DNA of 64,000 nucleotides from Octopus vulgaris (Eukaryota): NCBI GenBank assembly GCA_951406725.2, contig OX597835.1, positions 3,286,001 to 3,350,000 of the forward strand, read 5' to 3'. Shown piece by piece: positions 56,660 to 64,000 of this stretch (position 1 is its first letter; each line of letters starts with the position of its first letter). The notes under the pieces were generated by a model. It saw only the letters and a program-made list of their open reading frames with translations, ran no database searches and was not told where the DNA came from. The position numbers and the translations under genes were made by a program.

Positions 56660-56762
56660 TATAAATACCGTTCGAATCTAACAAGTATGTAAACATTTAA
56701 ATTATTCTTTGTGTCTGTTTGTGATTAAGTAATAGCAATAGACAGAGTATGTTATGGTAATG
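56660..56762 (+). promoter_or_regulatory. Putative TATA box (56660-56667) and exon 1 of gene copy 3
   Basis: TATAAATACCGTTCGAATCTAACA. ATGTTATG|gtaatg at 56749-56756 is in frame with exon 2. Confidence 0.5.
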
Positions 56763-57559
56763 ATGATGGTGGTAGTGGTAGAGCTTAAACCGTTTGTAAT
56801 TGCCGTATGTGTACCAATGCATAACATTCTTCTGGTATAAGCTGTATACCTGGAGTACCTGTTCATCGATTTCTTTGCCTAGTTCTTCCTTGCCGAGATT
56901 AGTAGCTGAATAGATAAAAGAAATTAGAGAGGCCGTTAATTAAAACTCATACGTAATATTATGCTCTTTCAGATAGTGTTGTATTTCAGAAAAGGTCGAT
57001 TGCGTAAGTTTGTGTGTACGGATGGATCAAATGACACAATGTGTTTAACAGCAAACAATTATGTTTACTCAGGTATGGTGTTAGATACTGCCGGTGCAAC
57101 ACGTTAATCAAATATGCAGTGAAATGTGCAGCAAAGACTGATTTGTGTTATAGAAAATAGAGAAAAATACTTTTGACAGTGTACATTTCACAAAGAACAT
57201 TCTGTCAAATGCAAAGTGACAAGCCTTACATATTTGTTTGCAACAGAAATAATAATAATATAGAAGTCAGAAAACCTTGAAGTAAGAACATTCATTCAGT
57301 GTTAACAGTATGGAGAATGTTTACGGACAAATGCTTCGAAGGCGTCGTCTTCACCAAAATATATACTTACATTCGTATTTTTGGTGCAATTAAATTAGCT
57401 ATATTACTAATTGTTTAAATGGTAAATCTTGGATTTTCAGAACAGCTAAAAGATAATTGTTACCTAAACTTCAGCTGTAGACTTCTGCTTCTTTGTAAGA
57501 AAAAAATGCTTTTCTATTAATGACTCTCGCTACTATATTTGTCTATCATTAGGTGCGTG

Positions 57560-57623
57560 ATGAAAGGCATCAGTGTCCTATTGTTTTGTGTATTCATTTC
57601 ATACACCTTCTCGGTTAAACAAA
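57560..57623 (+). CDS. Cys-rich peptide gene copy 3, signal-peptide exon: MKGISVLLFCVFISYTFSVKQ
   Basis: tttgtctatcattag|GTGCGTG ATG AAA...CAA A|gtaagt. Confidence 0.82.
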
Positions 57624-58392
57624 GTAAGTATAATTGTAAATTTCTTTTATTTTATAATAATGTGAAATGTAGTGGAAAAAAAGGGGGAAATAGAAAGGTG
57701 GAAAAGAGGAAAATGAATAACGCTACCTCAGCGGTCTTTCGGTTATACTCCATTTATATGTTTTAACAGCTTTCAAATAAATAACTCACTTTTTATATAC
57801 ACTACTCTTAGACCGAGTATACGGATTTACGCTTCTTCTATATAATATATGACATTTAATTAACAATATAACTGACGTATCTTTTATATACAAATCAAGA
57901 AGAATTCTAGTGGTGTGCTCTCATCTGTTACTCCTGTATTTGATCAGAACGTAAGCACGAACGCAATTCCTCTAAGCATATTTTGTCGAGCTAACGATTC
58001 TTTTCACACACGCCGACGCCTTTAGAATTCTTCATTATTAAAATAATTAAGGGAAGAGAATCAGCAAATGATGTATATAATGTTTCATGTGTTGTTTTGT
58101 TTGTTTTCCTGCCATTCCTTTTTATTGCTCTTTATTGGTTTTTATCTCCTTTTATGTATTAAAAACATCCATCACTACAGAGATGAGCCATATTTAAGTG
58201 TAGGAGTGAGGAAATTCGGGTTCCAGTCTTCATGATCCTCCATCTTGTTTCAGATGGTGTTACCATAAATACATTCTCCTCTATTCAATGAATTACCTGT
58301 TGAGTGCTTCATGGGTATTTTGTGTATTTCTACACGAAATATCGGTAAATGGATATTTACTTCTTCCATATATATTTTAATATCTCTTTTAG

Positions 58393-58441
58393 ATGTCAAT
58401 CCCTTCCATCAAGAGACAGGTTTGAGTGAAATGATTCGAAG
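58393..58441 (+). CDS. Cys-rich peptide gene copy 3, propeptide exon (49 bp): (N)VNPFHQETGLSEMIR(S)
   Basis: atatctcttttag|AT GTC AAT...CGA AG|gtaaga. Confidence 0.82.
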
Positions 58442-58534
58442 GTAAGAACAACATATGTACGTCTCTTACAAATGTAATTAATTTAGTATTGGCAAGATAA
58501 GAAAGTTCATTTTCGGCACTTGATGCTTTGGGAA

Positions 58535-58810
58535 TCAGACAAAAATTGCTGCAGCTCGGCTGCATATTCACCAGATACTGCTCCTTCGGATTTTCACTTA
58601 TTTAGGTCCCTGCAGAATAGTCTTAAAGGTAAAAATTTCAATTCCTTGGATGACGTAAGAGGATACCTTTATGAATTCTTTGCCATGAAACCACTTCAAT
58701 TCTGGGAAGAGGGTATTTTCAAGTTAAATGATAGATGGAGATCATTGTGAAACAAAATGGTTCATATTTGGTTGATTAAAAATGTAATGGGCAAGTATTT
58801 ATTGACCTTT
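58535..58810 (+). mobile_element. Mariner transposase fragment (duplicate)
   Basis: AYSPDTAPSDFHLFRSLQNSL. Confidence 0.85.
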
Positions 58811-60178
58811 TTCTTTCCTTTAAAAATCGGCACGAACATTCCGGACAACCCAACAGAAGCTGAAGCGTTGCAACAGTTGTCCAGTGTTACCATCCTCCTC
58901 TTTGGTTTCCAAAGAGATATTCATGCGAGCAAGACCGGAGATCTCTATGACAGTTTTTTTCATTTTCTTGCTTGCTTCAAGTTATGTTATCCGACCAGTT
59001 ATTTTTACATTGACAGATATTCTGATGTTAATATTCCACCAGCATTCGTTTCGTTGATGTCTATGTATGTATGTAACAACAGGGTTTCACTATATACATT
59101 CCAGGACAATCTTACTACCGGAATGGCATTGTTTCTCTTGTGTTGGCGACAACGTCGTGTCGCATAGGGCGGTAGAACCTTGATATTTTTTGGTAGCTGT
59201 TGATCCTATGTGTGATGTCTTCAAAAGTAATAGGATATAATGGGGGAATAGAATGTCCACAATCAAGCGACACTGTTGCAAGTTTCCAACGGTTTTTCTT
59301 TCGTTCACTTCAAACAGTTGAGGTTTGTTTCTGAAAATCTGTTCCGGCCATCCCCACACTCGCTTCTTTTCACCTGCCTGTTCATCAGTCATCATGTCGT
59401 TGGACTAGAAATGGTAGTGAAGGAATGTGGCAGCATTCAGTTTGTGCATAATGTTTGGGCAAGAAATGAGTTAATAGCTTTCTGTAAACTCTGTGCTTTC
59501 ATTCTGGGCTGCCGGCTTTGTTGTGTGTCAATGTGACCTTCCACACACACATGGTCCTCAGTTCAGTCCCACTGTGTGGTAACTTGGCATGTGTCTTCTG
59601 CTATAGCCTCAGACCAACCAAAGCCTTGTCAGTGGATTTTGTAGACAGAAACTGAAAGAAATGAATTGTATATATATATGTATATATAAATGTAAGTCTA
59701 TGAGTGTGTCTTTGCGTTTCTCCCTCATCACTGCTTCACAACTAGTGTTGGTTTATTTAAATCCCCATAACTTACTGGTGTCAGAAGAAACTGATAAAAT
59801 AAGTACCAGGAATATCAAAATAAAAAAAACCGACTATGCAGTGTCTCATATTTTTGTTTGCCCAGTTGTATCTATCAATTTATCTTTGTGTGTGTGTGTG
59901 TGTATGTATATATATATGGATTTCGTAGACAGGAACTGAAACAAATCAATCTTATATATATGTATGTATATATGTAAGTGTATGTGTGTATCTTTGTCTC
60001 TGTGTTTCACCCTCATCACTGCTTCACAACTGCTGTTCATTTATTTACATCCTCATAACTTATTGGTTTCACAACAACAAACTAATAGAATAAGTACCAG
60101 GCTCATCAACATAAAAAAGCACTGGGCTGTGTCTCATATTTTTGTTTGCCCACTCAGTTGTATCTATCAATTTATCTT

Positions 60179-60242
<64 letters not shown>

Positions 60243-61448
60243 ACCCTAATGGCGGCCTTAACTCCCAAATTTTAGTCATGTCTTTTAAGATCCAAAACTA
60301 GGTCAAAAGTACTTACAAGTTAGAAAGACCCCTCCATGGGGACTTAACACACACAATTTTGTCATTTTATCTAAGCAAAAACGAATACAGTTGTGCTCTT
60401 GGAAGCTGTAGGGTTACCAGAGCATAAAAGATGAGCATTATTCAATGGTGCAAAAGTGTAACAGTTTGCTTTCACATACACTTACATTGTTATTTCTGTA
60501 ATGTGCTGCATAAATTGTCAAGTAAATGACAGGCATCTTTGCCTCCACTGCTTCAGTTGCAAAGTGTTGAGTAAAGTTATTTGATAGCTGACCTTCTTTC
60601 AGTCTTTTTATTATCACTGGGTCACACATAGTCCCCAGATGGTAACACTGATTTCAAGGCCTTCCCAGATGAGTGACTTGTTATTCAAAGACGTTTATAG
60701 ATTGCAAATTTATTCTGCCCAGTTATGTATCAGTGTAGTGGTCATTTGCCATCTCCACAGGTGACATTTTCATTTCTCCTTAGCCCTCTCGTCACACAGT
60801 TGTTAATGTTTATTTCAGTTGGGTCACGCCCTTCCAATTGCTATAGATCCATAATGCATCTAACGGCTGTGCCTGTCACCTGGATGGTGAGAAAGCCTAC
60901 TTCGGAAGTGGTAACGACTAGGGTAGGGTAGCTGACTGCTTATTGTGATCATTCGTCTTTTCGTTTCCTGTAGCTTTACTGTCTTTTACAAACCCAGTGA
61001 ACATATATTTCCTATTTCAAAGAAATTCAAACAATAGATATAAGACCCAAGTTAAAAAGATTCTCAACAATGCAACTTCTCTTCCTGACATTAAGACACC
61101 CACGCCCAACAGGGGCCTTAACTCTCACATTTTAGAGCTCCATGACCTTCATTTTTCAGGAGCAAAATCCTTTTAACAGGTTCGATAAGACTGGAATTTT
61201 GGAATATGCGCATAAAAATCAGTAGTATGGGATACATGTAGCACGATTACAATTTTTTTAGGGTGTGTAAAGAGGGAAATAACTCTCATCTGCAATTTTT
61301 ATGAAAATCGAAACATAGATATTCCAGTTCATTACAGAAAATATAACAGAAAAGTCTAATTCTTCAATTGCATGTAACATGGGCAACGCCGGGTATCTCT
61401 GCTAGTTTAATAATATTTTGTATTCTCTACTATATTTTGTATTTACAG

Positions 61449-61662
61449 TGAAATGTTGAAGAGAAGTTCATGTTCAAGAGGACCATGTGCTGGTCACGGA
61501 CCACATAAAAGATGTAGATGCTGCGCCAAGTACGACTGTGTAAAAGATAGATCTATTTGCATGTGTCGTAAAAGTATAGCCGGTTCGGTTCACGTGACTA
61601 ATAACATTATAGTCCAAACCGTAATCGCTTTTCTGGTTTTTTCTCGTAAATTTACCATCTAA
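61449..61662 (+). CDS. Cys-rich peptide gene copy 3, mature-peptide exon: (S)EMLKR|SSCSRGPCAGHGPHKRCRCCAKYDCVKDRSICMCRKSIAGSVHVTNNIIVQTVIAFLVFSRKFTI*
   Basis: ttttgtatttacag|T GAA ATG; KR site; 8-Cys framework. Confidence 0.87.
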
Positions 61663-62989
61663 TTGGCGTGCTGCTCTGGTGAAGTTTGAAGGTAAACTAC
61701 AGACGTAAGATTGTTTTTATTGATGGCGGAAATCGATGAGAAGAAATGCAGACAAAACAGCAAAAATACACTCAACAACAAGATCAACAACATGCTGCTA
61801 CTTCTTTTATCTTCCTCCTCCCCCTCCTCACTCCTTCCCCTTCTTCCTCCTCCTCCTCCACTCTTCCTCCTTCTCCACTTCCTCCTTCTCCACTTCCTCC
61901 TCCTTCCCCTTCATCATCCTCATTCCCTCCATTCTTCCCCCTATTCCTCTGCTTCCCATTAATCCTCCTCCTACACTTCCCCTTCATCCTCCTCATTCCC
62001 TCCACACTTCATCCTCTTCCTCCTATTCCTCTTCCCCTTCATCATCCTCCTACACTTCCCACTTCCTCCTCCTCCTCACAACCTCCTCCTCCCCACTTCC
62101 TCCTTTTCACCACTTCCTCCTCCTCCCTTCTTCATCCTCCTCCCCACTTCTTCTTCTTCCTCCCCGCTTCCCTCCCACTTCCCCCTCTTCCTCCTCCTCC
62201 TCTTCTTATCTAACCAATCGTCGAATCCTATGACAGTAGAAAACTACGAATAAACATCAAGAGACATAGTGAAATATAAAACATTAACGAGCAGAAGTTT
62301 GATTCTGTAATTTATCCTGGGGAGGAATTCACGTGCGTTGCACCAAGAACTGAAAATGGTAAAAGAAGAGAAAATCTGCAAACTATAATCTACAACTATG
62401 AGTTTTCTAACAAACCGAAATTAATAGCACGATCGTATCCGTCAAATTTGAATGAAATTACAATTAATTAAATTTATTACACCTTGACAAATATTTAGTG
62501 CTTCGTTATTTGCTGTGCTCTTTGATTTTAAGTTATTGAAAGAAACAAAATCTCAGTGCTTCGTTCTTCGCTGTGGTGTTTGCCTTTAAATTATGGATAT
62601 GGGTAGTAAGATTTTACATTGCAGTATCACAATATGAATTTGTAAAAGAACATTATTGTCCAAGTTGTATTTTATAACAATTGAATACAAAGAAACAGGA
62701 AAGAAGAGTGTACGAGTATCAAAGATTATTGATGTAGTGCAGCTAAAACAACCACGATTTTGTAGTTATTTCAGGAGAGATGCAGCAATGTTCATTTTGA
62801 TTGTTCATTGGAATCTTTTCGGGATATAGAATCCGTTTATCTGCATAACTGCCAAGCACACATACAAACGTATGTATGTATGTATGTATGTATGTATGTA
62901 TGTATGTATGTATGTATGTATGTATGTATGTATGTATGTATCTATGTATGTATGGATGGATGGATGGATGGATGGATGTATACACACAT

Positions 62990-63350
62990 ATTGGCGCAGG
63001 TATGACTATGTGTTATAAAGAGACTGATTGAATAAGTACCAGGCTTACAAAGAATGGGCGAAGGGGTCGAGTTCTTCGATAAAAAGTCGCTACTGTCAAA
63101 ATGAGTGAAATAATTAAAATAACATAACAATGTGAGTATGTGTGTGTGTGTGAATTTGTCCCCCACCGACACTGCTACACAGCCAACCGGTGTTGGTGTG
63201 TATACGACCTCGTAAATTGGTGATTCAGCACAAGAGTCCGAAAGAATAAGTACTAGTCTTCAACAACTAAGATCTGGGATCGATTTCTCCGACTAAAACC
63301 TTTCAACCTGGTGCTAGTGAAATGACGGAAACCTTTCAAGAATAAAAGAA
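62990..63350 (+). mobile_element. Degenerate SINE fragments
   Basis: ggcgcagg head remnant and gaataagtac...gtcga...gactaaa tail pieces resembling the family at 22495-22895. Confidence 0.5.
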
Positions 63351-63409
63351 TATATATTTTCACCGGTATTTTACGATATCTTAACTGCTTCCTTCTACAG
63401 AGTGATATT

Positions 63410-63535
63410 CTTTTCGACTCTTGGTACAAGGCCCGAAATGTTTGGGGAGGAGGTTAGTCAATTAGATCGATCTCAGTACGCAACTGGTACTTCATTTATC
63501 GACCCCTTAAAGGATGAAAGGCAAAGTCATCGAAA
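63410..63535 (-). mobile_element. SINE fragment of a second family
   Basis: gatcgatctcagtacgcaactggtacttcatttatcgacccc...ggatgaaaggcaaagtc resembles, from recall, a widespread metazoan SINE central domain in reverse. Confidence 0.45.
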
Positions 63536-63696
63536 ATTTGCAGAGAATGTAATACCTTCGTAATTATAAACGAACTCTCCAATCTAATTCGCAACGGCGT
63601 CCGGCATGAACAACCCTGGAGTACTTTCAGACTTCTTCAACCTTAATTCCAGCAAACTGTGTTGTTGTTCTTGTTAGTGTTGCTGATGCAGCTGCC

Positions 63697-63822
63697 TTCT
63701 TCTTCTTCTTCTTCTTCTTCTTCTTCTTCTTCTTCTTCTTCTTCTTCTTCTTCTTCTTCTTCTTCTTCTTCTTCTTCTTCTTCTTCTTCTTCTTCTTCTT
63801 CTTCTTCTTCTTCTTCTTCTTC
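63697..63822. repeat. (TTC)n microsatellite
   Basis: Directly visible. Confidence 0.95.
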
Positions 63823-64000
63823 CAATCAGGACTCACGCCATTAGCCACAAGGAACAATCTCTAATTCGAGCCGTACTCTAAGCTACTAAGAATGCGTGTG
63901 GTAACTTGAAGATCCACCCACCACACACGATAGACTGGTGGTTGCACGGGCGTGAAAGCTACGTTGTTATCCTCATTCCGTAAACGGTGGCTTTTAACGG

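Larger units (their letters stand above)
55962..62650. repeat. Inverted duplicate (copy 3) of the gene-bearing segment (~2000-14030 without the satellite; ~32870-39385)
   Basis: Reverse-complement colinearity. ORF-track pairs flip strand (37237-/57539+, 36207-/58520+, 3205-/61453+). Confidence 0.95.

Noticed and set aside
58254-58314. Possible extra exon after catcttgtttcag| between the signal and pro exons
   Set aside because: The phase-1 reading hits TGA (NGVTINTFSSIQ*), and this is the site expanded by the minisatellite in the other copies.

Overview
Repeat-rich, AT-rich eukaryotic DNA. The SINE families and the dense (TA)n/(AAT)n/(CA)n tracts resemble an octopus genome; this is an inference, not verified. 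The main content is a cluster of three paralogous spliced genes that the ORF track mostly misses. Each encodes a small prepropeptide with one exon per module: signal peptide (MKGISVLLFCVFISYTFS), a 49-bp propeptide exon, and a KR/RIKR-cleaved cationic 8-Cys mature peptide (C-x4-C-x8-C-x-CC-x4-C-x6-C-x-C). Copies 1 and 2 are on the minus strand in a ~24 kb direct segmental duplication (~1.7-25.7 kb and ~32.6-55.8 kb). Copy 3 is on the plus strand in a ~6.7 kb inverted duplicate (~56.0-62.65 kb). Introns are nearly identical between copies while the propeptide end and mature peptide are highly divergent with fixed cysteines, as in conotoxin and other toxin/defence-peptide families. Also present: a 45-bp intronic minisatellite at <1, ~2 and ~105 units in the three copies; three Penelope-associated hammerhead ribozymes; a CR1-group LINE with an open 1033-aa ORF2 that shares its 3' tail with a local SINE; RTE and Dong/R4 LINE fragments; mariner, hAT and Helitron relics; tRNA-derived SINEs. 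All alignments were done by eye and identities are approximate.
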